Source of the DNA: Emiliania huxleyi CCMP1516
Lineage: Eukaryota
Reading direction: 5' to 3'
Assembly (NCBI RefSeq): GCF_000372725.1
Contig: NW_005202176.1
Location: 104,240-168,239 of the forward strand
DNA length: 64,000 nucleotides
The number at the start of each line of letters is the position of its first letter. Within the stretch, counting starts at the first letter, position 1. The position numbers and the translations under genes are program-made. The notes under the pieces were generated by a model. The model saw only the letters and a list, made by a program, of their open reading frames with translations. It had not been told where the DNA came from and made no database searches. Shown in pieces: positions 25,331 through 36,955 of this stretch.

Positions 25331-26587
25331 GCGCCGGCAGCGCGGACCCTAATACCAGCGGCGAGGCGAGCGACGGCGAGAAGAGCGACGGCGAGACTGG
25401 GGACGCGCTGCCGTCCAGCGCGACCAACGTCGGCGGCGCGGTCGATACCGGCGGCGAGGGGAGCGGCGTCGAGAGGGGCGGCGGCAGCAGCCGGGATGGC
25501 CAGCGGCGCCACGTACGTCGCACGCGGCGGCGGTAGCCGGGTACGGGTGCGGTAGGTCATATACAGGGGGGTGCGGTCGTGAGGCTCTCTGTACGGTATC
25601 GTACGGCTCTACAGTATGAGAGGCGTGTCTGATACCTTCTCGAAATGGCGGGAGCGCTGCTCGGGATGGAGGGAGGTGGGTGCCCTCTGAGCGGATGGTT
25701 TGACCCGGGTGGCCAAAAGCACGAACGGGCAATACAAGAACAAGTGACACACCACTGGCAAGCGGTGGGGGTCCCTCTCGAGTCGCTCGGGACGGAGCGC
25801 TTCCCCACGCTAGCGGCCTGCCGTGGGTGCGGCGGTAGCTTTCGCACACTATGTCCATGTGAGGCTGGAAATAGTGGGGGAAATGGTGATTTTTGAATGA
25901 TGGATCGAAAGCGATATAATCGCAAATCCGAAGGAGAGCAACTGCAGCTCGAGCTTATTGGGGCTCGTAGCCGGGCTGACCGTCTCGTCGGACATGTCCA
26001 CGCTTTGGAAAGGCAGATAGAGCAGCTTAGGACAACACAACCGGCACCGGCGAGGCCAGCGCCGGCGAGGCCAGCGCCGGCGCCGGCGAGGCCGGCGCCG
26101 GCGAGGCCAGCGGCTACCGCCTCAACCTCGTCAGCACCTTCGAGCTCGGTGAAGGTGCGTGGCGGCTCACGCGAGAGTGAGACGCCTTCCGCGGACGATC
26201 CCGACATCATTCGTGTACACTTACCAAGCGACAGAGGTAGACGGACTCCGATCCCCAAGCCCGTGCCGCGGCCGCCCTCGCCGCCGCCCTCTGAAGATGA
26301 AGAAGAAGAGGACCTCCCTCTTAAGCCCGTGCCGCGGCCGTCCTCGCCGATCATCCCTCTTCATCCCTACGAGCAAAGTCTTGAACAGTACAAAGGATCA
26401 CCGCTGGCATCTGAGCGCGACCCAGATGAGGACGACAAGCGCGAACCAGACGATGACAAGCGCAGCGACTCAAACGACTCCGCTGGAGAGGGGGTGGATA
26501 AGTCCATTGACGAGTTCTCAGATAATGGTGGCGATGAGGAATTTGGGACCAAATAATTTTGATTTTGGCCACGACTTGGGCCCCAAA

Positions 26588-26858
26588 CCTGCACCTCGCC
26601 GCCCTTGGACATCTTCGAGTCGCGGAGGCACTTCTCGACCGGCTCCATGGTGGAGCGGAAGAGGTCCATGCAGAGCTCCTCGAAGCGCGCGCGCGTGATG
26701 GACGAGAAGAAGTCGATGCCCTCGAAGAGCGAGTCAATCTCGATTGACGTCTGCGTCGATGAGGAGAGCGTGCGCTTGGCGCGCTCGCAGGCGGTGCGGA
26801 GGCGGCGCATGGAGCGCGGGTTGCCGGTGAGGTCCTTCTTGTTCTTGCGCTTGAACTC
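26588..26858 (-). pseudogene. hsp70: Isolated fragment of a cytosolic HSP70 ATPase domain
   Basis: [85 protein letters not shown]. No other HSP70 exons seen in the window. Confidence 0.9.
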
Positions 26859-27309
26859 CTACAGAGTCCTGGACATGTCTATCAGAACTTCCTTGGGGGT
26901 GGGAGTCGCTAAACATATTCCCCGGGGCGGTCACCGCTGCCGCCCCCGGGGCGGTCGCCGCTGCCGCCCCCACAGGGCGATTTCAGCAAGTTTCATTATG
27001 AGCCGCCAGTTCGAACTATGAGTTGTCGATTCGACTCTCGGGGCCGCAGCCGTTGCTGCCCCCGCCCCCCCCCTCGGGTTCGTCAAGCGCCCGCCGTTTA
27101 AGTTTCGGGCGCTCATGCCTAAGTGAGGGGGTGTGAAGGCTAGCCCAACACCACTCGCAACAGCTCTCGCGCGCCGCCGTCAGTGGCGATGCGCAAAACA
27201 TCAACAACGCTGCTCGCAACATGCGTGTCGCGCACTCATTCATGACCGGTCTCAATGCCCCACCCCCCTGCGCGCGGGCCTTCTAAGCCCGCGGGTAGTC
27301 CCCCCCCAT

Positions 27310-27402
27310 CCCCAGGGCCTCCAGGGCTCGCACCTCAACCTCTCACAGGCCAGCGCACAGCGCCATAGGACGTATTTTCTTCTCAATAACAAGGCTGTGA
27401 AC
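27310..27402. repeat. Dispersed repeat shared with ~55155-55342
   Basis: cccagggcctccagggctcgcacctcaacctctca...gcgcacagcgccataggacgtat...cttctcaataacaagg present at both loci. Confidence 0.85.
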
Positions 27403-27525
27403 GAGACGTGCGTCCTACCTGCCATCGTGCAGTCGCCATGGCGCCCGCCACCGCGAACCAAGCTTAGCCAGCGGACGCAACCAACCTAACTGAGCGCCGC
27501 TGCGCACGTGACCTCGCATATCGCG

Positions 27526-30500
27526 ATGTCACGTCGCAGCGGTGAGCGGGGAGGTGGTGGCGATGGCCGACGTGGAGCCAGCGGCCCTCGCCGCCTTCGG
27601 AGCTCTAGGAGCTCTGGAGGTGGCAGCTCTGATGGCTCCAGCGGTGGTCGCAGCTTCGACGGCGACGACGGCAGTGGCGATGGTGGCGTCGGCGGCGGCG
27701 GTGGCGTCGGCGGCGGCGGTGGCAGCGGCGGCGGCGGTGGCAGCGGCGGCGGCGGTGGCAGCGGCGGCGGCGGTGGCAGCGGCGGCGGCGGTGGCAGCGG
27801 CGGCGGCGGTGGCAGCGGCGGCGGCGGTGGCAGCGGCGGCGGCGGTGGCAGCGGCGGCGGTGATACAGAGGACAGCAACACTGACCAACTTTACCGCCGC
27901 TCGCAGCGCCTTCAAGCCAGCCAGGCTCGTGAGGCTGTTGAGTCTGCTGCTCCTTCCCTGCCGGCTGAGTCAGCTGCTACTCGGCTGCAGAGGCTGGCGC
28001 GGATCGCTGAGTCGCAGCTGGCGGCGGAAGAGCGGCTGGCTGCAGCGGCGGCGGAGGCTGCAGCAGCCGAGGCGGCGGCTCAATCGCAGGCTGAGGGCGA
28101 GTGGATGCCCCCCCAATCGGACGGGGCCGCAGACAGCTGGTGGTTGGAGGAGGCGGAGGGGCGGCCGCTGGAGGATGGGACGACCATGTCCTACCTCGAG
28201 GTGCTCGAAGAAGAAGCTCGGAGCCAGAGGCTCCGGCTTCACATCGAGCACCAGCTCCTGCGGCAAGAGGAGAACCGGCAACTGCTCTTCGAGAGTAGAT
28301 GCGGGATCTGCCTCTGTGACTTCTCCGAGGTGGAAGAGACGGCGACCATCTGCCAGCTTGGCTGTCACCACACCCACGCTTTCTGTGCGGGCTGCTTGCG
28401 GAGCGCCTTTGGAGCTCGGTCAAACCAGCAGGCCCCACCGGACTGCCCGCTGTGTAAAGCACAGGTCTCGGAGGCCGACCAGGCCTTCGTCGAGGCGGCG
28501 GCCGGCCGCTCGGCGGCGTGCCATGCGGCCAAAACGCGGGCAGACGCGGACGCCACGCGCCAGGCCGCATGGGACGCCCTCCCGCCGGCGGCGGAGAAGG
28601 TGAGCCTCCCTGATGCGAGGGCGCCACCGGCGGTGCCGCCGGGAGGCGAGTGGGAGTGCATTGACGCGCACAGCGCCTTCCAGTGCGCCGTCTCCCCGTG
28701 CAGTCACGTTCTCGAGGTACCGGATTCGCTGCGAGGCGAGTGGGCGAGAGCCAATGTCGACGTCTTCGACTTCATTCAGGCTGCCAAGAGCTCGGGCGAT
28801 GAGCTGGCGCTCGAGCGCGGGCTCAAGTGGCAACTATGTCTGCATGACGTGCTCCTGCGAGGGCCGGCGCGCACCTCTCGGGGCGGCGGTCGCTCCATCG
28901 ACGTGTCGACGTCTCTCGCCCTGCGCTTCCAGCGGTGGCGCAACGGCGAGCGGGCCGCCCTCCTCTGCGCCTGGGAGGCCGATCGCACCAGAGCGTGGTC
29001 GGCTCGGCGTCGGAGCGCGCATCGCCGCGAGAGCTTCGAGGAGCGGACGGAGCGAGAGCGCTCGGCAGCGGTGTCCGCGGCGCTCGCGCTCTTCGCGGAC
29101 GGCGAGATCTCTCGCGCGATGCGGATGCTTCACTCGCTGGGCATTGCCGACCTCTCGGCCTCCGTGCTCCTGCAGCTGCGCAGGAAGCACCCGGAGCGCG
29201 ATCGCCCCGTCCCGCACGACCTGCCCGTGCAGGTCCCGGCGGTGCGGGTGAGCCTCACCGAGACGTTCCGCAAGCTGCGGCGGCGCGCGGGCACCGGGCC
29301 TTCGGGCAACCGCAACGAGTACCTCAGGGTGCTCACCCACTCCTTCGACGACGCCAAGGCCGACAGCGTCATGCAGAAGTACGATGCCTTCGCCTCGGAG
29401 CTCGCCAGCGGGGACTTGCCGACCTGGTTCTACGGCGCCGCCTCGATCGCCTCGTTGATGCCTCTCGTCAAGAAGGCGGTCACGCAGGCCGACGTGGAGG
29501 CCATGCGACAGCCTGACGTGCGGCCAGTGGCGGTGGGCGAGGTCACCCTGCGGTCCATCCTCACCTCGGTGACTGCCAGCGTGGCCCCGGCGATGGCGGA
29601 CGTGCTCGCGCCACAGCAGGTGGCGGTAGGAGTCTCGGGCGGAATCTCGATCATGATCAACGGGATCCGCATCTTGCTCGAGCAGCGAGGCGACTTTGTG
29701 CTCGTCAAGATCGACCTCAAAAACGCGTACAACGAGATCGATCGGTCGGCGCTTCTCCGCCGCTGCTCGGAGGTGCCGGAGCTGGCGCCGTTCATGCCGC
29801 TTCTTCACGCGACGCTCATGTCCGCGACGAGCCTGCTCGTCGGGCCCCAGCGGACGCGGCTCTTTGAGCAGCACCACCTCGAGGGGCAGACGTGCCGCGC
29901 TGAGACGTCGCGTGGCGGCGACTCGGCGACCGGCACGCAGCAGGGCGGGCCTCCATCGAGCGGCGCCTTCTGCATCGCCATCCAGCCGGAGCTGGCTGCC
30001 CTCGACGCCGAGCTGAGGCCGTTCGGTGGCGGGGCTTGGGCGGAGATGGACGACATCTTCGCGCTAGGACCGGCGGCCGCCGTGTTCCCGGCGGTCAAGC
30101 GCTTTGGCGAGGCGGTCAAGGCGTCGCTCAACCTCGAGATGCAGGTCTCGAAGCTCGAGTGCTTCTCTCCCGAGTACAACCTCTCGCACTGCCCGTGGCG
30201 GGAGGCGTTGGGCGCGCCAGTCGGCATGGTGCTGGTGCCGGAGGAGGATGGCGGGTCGCGGACGTACCGAGGCGTGATGGTCGCGGGCTGCCCAATGGGG
30301 GAGGCAGGGTTTGTGGATGCGTGGTTACGCGCCCAGGTGAGCAGTATCGTGAGCTACATCGACAAGACAGTTCTTTCGCTACGTGCTGCGAGCCCCCACG
30401 CGCTGTGGGCCGCCATCTACTACTCCTGCTCCGCCAAGTTCGACTTCATCCTTCGGCACCTCCCTCCCGACAAGACGGTGTCCCACGCTCGCGTCGTCGA

Positions 30501-32181
30501 CGCTGCGCTCACCCGTGCCGCTGAGGCGTGCGGCTACGAGGGCGTGCTCGGCGACGCCATCACCGCGCGGCGGGCTCGCCTGCCTGCGCGGATGCGCGGC
30601 CTCGGCCTGCGCTCGCTCGAGGAGGTGGCGCCGGCTGCGTTCTGCGCCTGCTTTGTCGAGGCGGCCGAGAGGTTCCTCGACAGGTCGACGCCCGGCGGCG
30701 GCAGAGAGCGCGGCTTCTTCCAGATGCTCGCTCCGCTCTTCGGCCACGGCGCCTTCGAGTTGCCGTACCCGAACAGCCCTCGCCTCTCGCGCTTCCTCTC
30801 GGGCTGCACCACCAACGTCAACCCGCTCGGCGCGCAGCTGGGGCAGCTGACGCCGACGGGCGAGTCCTTCAAGAAGGCGTGGGAGGGCATGCAGCGAGAG
30901 GTCCGCGGCGAGGGCGTGGCGGGACCTCTCGATGTCCGGGCTCCCGAGGCTGGCAACGGGCGGGCCGGCAGCGCTGGGCTACAGCGGCAGCTGACGCAGC
31001 AGCGGGAGCAGGTCAAGCGCAACCAGCTCAGCCGCAGCATCCTCGGGCTGCCGCACGGCGACACGCGGCGGGAGGCGTGGCTGGCCGTCGACTCGTTCTC
31101 GTCCGCGTGGGTGAGCTCATGGCCCTCGGCTCAGAACCGGTGCGAGGCGCGCGAGTTCCGCGAGATCTTCTGCACCTACCTCGGCCGGGAGAGCCCAGCC
31201 GTGCGCGCGCTCGTGGGCAAGAGCATCGCCTGCTCCGGCCGCGGCCCTCCTCGAGTCTGCGATGCCTTTGGCGTCCAGCTGGGCTTGGCGACGCTCAACG
31301 ACCGCGCCCACGGCAACTGCCACGACGACATCTTCTCACGCGTGATCGGTGATGCGCTGCACGCGGGGCTGCGCGGCAAGGAGGAACCGCGCGAGATCTT
31401 CAGCGCCGTCATCCCGCCTGTCACACTCAACGGCACAGCTGGCACGCGCGGCAAGAACGGCATCGTGCCGGATGGGCGCCTGCACTGCAAGCTGCGCGAG
31501 TCCCGCACGGCGCGCTGCACGGGCACACGAGGCCAGGCGCATCCGTCTGTCCGGTGGCGCGGCACGACAGTGCAGCGCGGGCCCGAGCAGCCGCCGGCGG
31601 AGCACCTCCTCGAGGGCAAGACCATCCACCGCGGCGGGCCTCACTACATGAGCGCTCGGGCGCGCGACGATGGCCAGGGCGGCGCTGTCGCCGACAGGGC
31701 GAACCTTGTCCAGCGCGACTACGAGGCGCGGGCGGCGGCGCTCGATGCCAAGCCGCACGTGCAGGCATGGAACAACGGCTCGAGGGACGCCGTTTCCTCC
31801 GTGCTGCGCTCGTTTGGCACCGTGCGCAGCCTCGTTGTCGGGGCCTACGCGGAGGCGTCGGACGACCTGCACCAGCTGTTCGACTGTGTGGTGGAGTCGG
31901 CATCCAAGCAGCACTGGAGGCGGATCGGCGCGCGTAGCGCGAAGGAGGCGCGGTCCTACTTCGCTACGACGCTGCGGCGGGCGTGGGGCGTGCACTTTGC
32001 GCGCGAGTTCGCGCGGCACCGCATCCGACGCGTGGTGTTCGTGGGGGCCCCGCGGCGACAGCCGGGCAGGCCTCTCGCGACGGCCGATGGAGACTGGCCA
32101 GCGCTGTCGGCGGGCGAGTTTGCGGCGCACGCGCTGCGCGTAGGCGGCGCGTGGGCGGGCGGCCCGCCCGGCCGTCGGTGA
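27526..32181 (+). mobile_element. CRE-like non-LTR retrotransposon ORF: Gly-rich region, RING finger, reverse transcriptase, restriction-like endonuclease
   Basis: Intronless ~1550-aa ORF. RT motifs: GPSGNRNEYL, DVRPVAVGE, PQQVAVGVSGG, KIDLKNAYNEIDR, GTQQGGPPS, EMDD, GCPMG, LPARMRGLGL. C-terminal 'CHDD..IVPDG..LEGKT' is PD-(D/E)xK-like. RING: CGIC...CHHTHAFCAGC...CPLC. Confidence 0.9.
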
Positions 32182-32583
32182 GCACCGGACGCGAGGGTCG
32201 GTCGGCTCTTAACTAGCTGTATATATATAGTCGCGATCTGCCGGCGTGCGTATGAGCTCACTAGCTAGAGCTCACACTAGAGGCCGTCATCGCATTCGCC
32301 TTCCTGGGACCCAGCGCTGACTTCTGACTGTCGTTGCTGTCTCTCCCCCTTCTCGACTGTCTGTGCTTGTGCGTCTTGGGTCCGGAGTTGTGCGTTTATG
32401 TGAACGGGACTACGCCCCTCCCTGAGAACGAGCAGCTATCCAGCCTGCGAGCAGTCGAAGTGTGGCGCCACAGCCCGTGCCACAGTTGATGGTCTCGACG
32501 GGTCGCATTTGCACGGAGACTGACTGCTGACTGAGTGACTGCAAGCACGCGTGGACCGCCGCCTTCTCGACCTCCCCACGTGC

Positions 32584-34612
32584 ATGTGCATGCTCCTCCT
32601 CTCGCTCCCATCTGCCGCGGCGGTGCCCATCCGCCTCTCCGACTTTGTCCCTCTCCGGTTCGCCGGCCTCGGCCGCTGCGCGGCGGCGCCTGCGCTATTC
32701 CTCTCCGAGACACGCGAGGGACCGGTCCTTCCGGTTCCCATTCCTGCCGACGCGGTGATGGCGTGCGAGCAGGCCCTCAATGCAGCACGCCCATCAATGG
32801 TCGAGGTGCTTCTCCAGGCTCAGGCCACCGCCGGCCGCGATGGCGGCCTCTTTGACAATCTGCCGTTTGCGGCCTGGAACCCGGCGCCGCAGGCCAAGCG
32901 AGACGCCTTTGCTCGCTGCTCGGGCCGCGGCTACCCGCGCGAGGGCTATCGCTCTGCCTACCACCTCCTCGTCGACATGGCGCGTCGCGACGCTTGCGCC
33001 GACATCGCGTGCGTGGTGCTGGAGGACACCGCCCTGCTGGGCGACTCGCTCGTGGTGGGCGGAGCGCTCGTGCTCGAGCGGCGGCTGCCGATGGCACGCG
33101 ACTCGGGGAGCTTCGCGGCGGGCGCCGGCCCGCCGCCCGCCCAAGACGCGCGCTGGCGGGCCAAGGACGAGGCCGAGGGGCTCGGCGACGAGGGCTGGCA
33201 GGGCGAGGCCTCGCTGCCCGAGCTGGCGGAGGACGCGACGCTGTGCGAGTGCACCGCCGACGAGGCGCTCGGCGTGGCGCTGGCGCTCGGCTGTCGCGTG
33301 CTGGTCGACGCTCGCGTGTGGGAAGGCGGCCGGACTGCTCCGCGGTACAGCGAGCAGCGCGGCAAGATGCGGCTCGAGGTGATGCCGCGCACGGCGGAGA
33401 GGGCTGAGGGAGAGGAGGGAGGGGAGGGCGAGCGGCGCCCTCCCCCGCCGCTGCCTTGGGAGATCAGTTCTGCGGACGAGCTCCTCTCCCTCTCGCTCGA
33501 GGACAAGGCCCGCTCGGCGCTGCGGGCGGGGCTGCGGCTGCCTCGGAGGCGAGAGGCGACCAACGAGGTGGGGAAGAGCCGCTCGACGCGGGGAGCCTTT
33601 CCTGAGGAGGCTTTCCTGAGCCGTGTCTCCCCCCCTCCTGCAGGCCCTGACCCAGCTGCTCGAGCCTCTCCTCGACGAGGACGTGCGCCGACGCCTCGCG
33701 ATGCGGCGCGCCCTCGAGGAGGGCGACGTCGGCGCCGCCGCGGCGCTCGAGGCTGGCAGCAGCCGCCGCGGGCAGCTGCTCGCCGCGTTGCGTCGCGCGG
33801 TGGACGAGGAGCGGTACGGCGAGGCGGCGGAGCTGTCTCTGGAGCTGCGCGTCGAGACGAGCCGGCGGGCGGACGTGACTCAGGACGAGGGCGGCTACGA
33901 CCGCTACCTCGACCAGGACGACTGGTACGCACGCGGGCTCGCGGCGGAGCGCGAGAGGGAGCTGCAAAAGGAGCGGGAGAGGGCGGCGGAGAGGGAGGCG
34001 GCCGCCGAAGCGGTCGCAGAGGCGGCCGCGGAGGCGGAGGAGGCGGAGGAGGCGGAGGAGGCGGCGCGGGTGGCGAGAGAGAGGAGGGAGGCGGAAATGG
34101 CAGCGGCAGAGGAGGCGGAGGCAGCAGCGGAGAGGCTGGTGGCAGAGGAAGCAGCGGCGTCGGCAGAGGCCAAAGCGGCGGTGTTGGCAGAGGAGGCAGC
34201 CGGCGGATTTCGCTTCGACGTGGTCTCGGCTCCGCGGGGCGCCGAGGAGACCGGCTCCTGGAGCGACGCGCTTGAGGGGCGCGTGTTCGAGCAGATGCTG
34301 GCGGCCTTCGACAATTATCCACCGGAGGAGGTGGAGGCGCTGCTCGCGGCTCTCGTGCGGGCCGCGGGCGATGGGGAGGCGGAGGCGGAGCGCTCGTTGC
34401 TCAAGCTGGCGGGCTTGGCGCGGAGTATCGAGGCGCTGCCGGCGGCCGGCTCTGGCGGGGACGGCGCTCTGGCGGCGGACGAGGCGCGCAGCCTCTACTC
34501 TCAGGTGCGCATGTGGGGCAAGGACGGGGAGAGGTGGCTCGAGGGGAGAGGAGGGGGAGACTCCGGTGGCTCTTGGCTCGGGTGGCTGAACGATCTTCGC
34601 CGAGGTCTCTGA
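32584..34612 (+). CDS. Signal/plastid-leader protein with UVR (UvrB/C) coiled-coil motifs
   Basis: Leader MCMLLLSLPSAAA; GT-AG intron 33568-33643; 'LRRAVDEERYGEAAEL' and 'RRADVTQDEGGYDRYLDQDDWY'; Glu/Ala coiled coil. Confidence 0.7.
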
Positions 34613-36880
34613 CACCCACAGAGGTCGTGGCTTGTCCTCTGTTGATGCATGCAGACACACGAGACACGGGTACATCGGCACGGTGGAACCTTATAGACCA
34701 GCGCGCTGTGGCGGTACTTCTTCTCCGAATAACAATGTCTGTGAAAAAGAGTTTCAAGGAAACTCCCTCCCGAGGCGGGAGCCCACTTCCCCTTGTGCAG
34801 CTCGAGCCCACCAAATTCCGTGCGGGTACGAGGCTGATCCGGCCGTGTCCCCAGCACAGCTTTGGCTTCGACGGGCGCCTCCCAGGGTGCCCCGGGCGAC
34901 CGACTCGAGCGGCATGCGGCTTCGGACAGACCTCGGCCCGGCTCCTGGCCGGTCGCTGAAGCGTCTCAGTCGCTCTCTCTCGGTTGCGCGGTTGCGCGGT
35001 TGACGCTTTTTTGGCGCTCACGGCGGGCGGCGAGGCTGGCCTTGAGGTCGCAGCGAGCCGTCCAGACGTCTCACGGTGGCGTCACGCATATCACTCGTGG
35101 CGTCGGTCGCCTTGGAGGCGGCGGAGACGTCCAGCGGCGGCGCATTTTGATGGGCACGCCCGGCAGCGCTGCGGGCGAGCGTGCCGCAGGCTGAAGACCT
35201 CCCTTGGCGCGGCGCGAGCGGCGCGCACCGCTGCACGAGGGCGCGCGGCGCTGCCGCCGCGATCAGTCGTCACGGCCTGCGCCCGGGCCGGCCGCGCGGT
35301 TGGCGTGGCAGCGACCACAGCACATGGTTCGGGGCTTCGGGCGGGCTTCTCGGTATCTTCGGTTCCGCTGCACCGGCGCGTGCGTCCGACCCAGTGAGTC
35401 CTGCCGGTGAAGTGTGTGGTGTCCAGCCGCGCGGTGTTGCAGACTACGTCGCGTGGTGTGCTTGTGCGTCGGTAGTCATCGCACGACTCGCAGTCTCGCA
35501 CTGTGTCCGCACTGCCGGTGCCGGCTGGGTCCGTCGCAGCGCACGCACTCTCCCTGTGGGTCGAGTCGTGGTTTATGCGCGAGTCGTGGTGTGCGAGGAT
35601 TATTTGACTAACACTCTGATTAATACCCAGCGCGGCGTCTCCCCCTCCTCTCTCGCTCGAGGCACCCGGAGCGAGAGTGTCAAGGACACACACCCATCTC
35701 TCTCTCGCGAGCGCACACACACCGACCCCATGTGCCGTGCACGGCCAGCGCTCCCACAGGCGCGGAATGATCCGTCGTGCGCCCCATGTGCGTGCGCGCG
35801 CAAGTACATGAAGCAGTTATAGCAGTACCCTACGACACACACCGCCAGAGGACAGCGCGTCCAGCGTCCATCGGGGTGGAGGTGCTGCCGCCAGAGCCCA
35901 GGTTGGCGAAGCCGTCAACGATCCACTCTATGAAGCGTGGAGCTGCCGCCAGCGCTGCGGCCTGCGTGCCAAAGTTTCGCGGCTCGAAGGGGGCCGCGCC
36001 GTAGGGAGGGTTCGTGGAGCGGGCGACCCACCTCTGGAGCGTAGGCTGTTGAGCGACATCTTGACGTGCGTCTTCGACTTGCGGTAGAGGCACTCGATGT
36101 ACCACCGGCCTGAGTTGCTGTTCTGCTTCACCGTCGGCGAGCAGCCGAGGTGCGCCACGCGCGGTCGTCGTCAGAGGCAGAAGAGGGCGCGTTGGTCATT
36201 TTCGCTATCTGCGCCGCGCGCAATGGGGTGAAGTCACGTGGGATTTGCACGACGCGGCTGTCGCGACGTGCAGAAGTGCGTGGCATGCGGTGTACGAGAC
36301 GGTAGGTGGGTCGATGGCTCGGCTCGCATCGCCCTCCTAGCCACAGCTCTGGATTCGGGCCCGACGCCGAAGCGGCGCGCGCGACGGCCGGCGCGGCTTG
36401 GGAAGGAGGGCGCGGGCCGACCCATCGACCCCCTAGGGGACCAGACTATGGCCACCACTAGCCTCGCCAACCGCTCCGCTAGCGTGTCGAGCGAACCTGA
36501 CGCGACTTCGGACGGCTACGTGGGCGCCTCGCTGTGCTGGCGTTACGCCCGGATCAGCCTCGTAGGTGTGGTAGCTGGTCACGTCCGTTTTTCCCGTTCC
36601 CTCCCCACACCCTTGGCGCCGGCCAAAACGCCACCCACTCAGCCGTGAAAACAGATAAGCCGATTCTCTCGAGGTCTCGAGATACACAAAGCGGCCAACC
36701 CGAGCCCAGTGTCGTAAAAGAATGTAACTAAAATAACTCACAGCAGACAGGCTCGGCGGACTGGCGCGTGCTAGCACTATTACAAAAGAAATAGCTCAAA
36801 AAAGAAATATCAATCGCGCGGACGTTTCGCGCGGACTACACGGGCAGCTGCGCTCCGCGTCGTTCCTTTTGGGGTTTTGC

Positions 36881-36955
36881 ATGGCGCCAAAGAAGAAAGG
36901 TGGGAAGAAAGAGGGCAAGAAGGGCGGTGGTGACGCCGACGGAGAGCTCAGCCCA
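36881..36955 (+). pseudogene. Truncated 5' end of a gene with a Lys-rich N-terminus
   Basis: MAPKKKGGKKEGKKGGGDADGELSP runs directly into the antisense of another gene's exon. Confidence 0.45.

Noticed and set aside
27970..32130. Many long antisense and alternate-frame ORFs here and across the window
   Set aside because: Shadow ORFs expected from stop-codon scarcity at high GC.
27526..32181. Retron, DGR, group II intron or telomerase RT
   Set aside because: Motif order plus a C-terminal restriction-like endonuclease fit a CRE-type non-LTR element. No template/variable repeat pair or structured RNA was recognised.
35830..36158. Possible DNA-binding or transposase fragment (GRWYIECLYRK... / RNFGTQAAALAAA)
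   Set aside because: Short, split across frames and not assignable to a family by eye.
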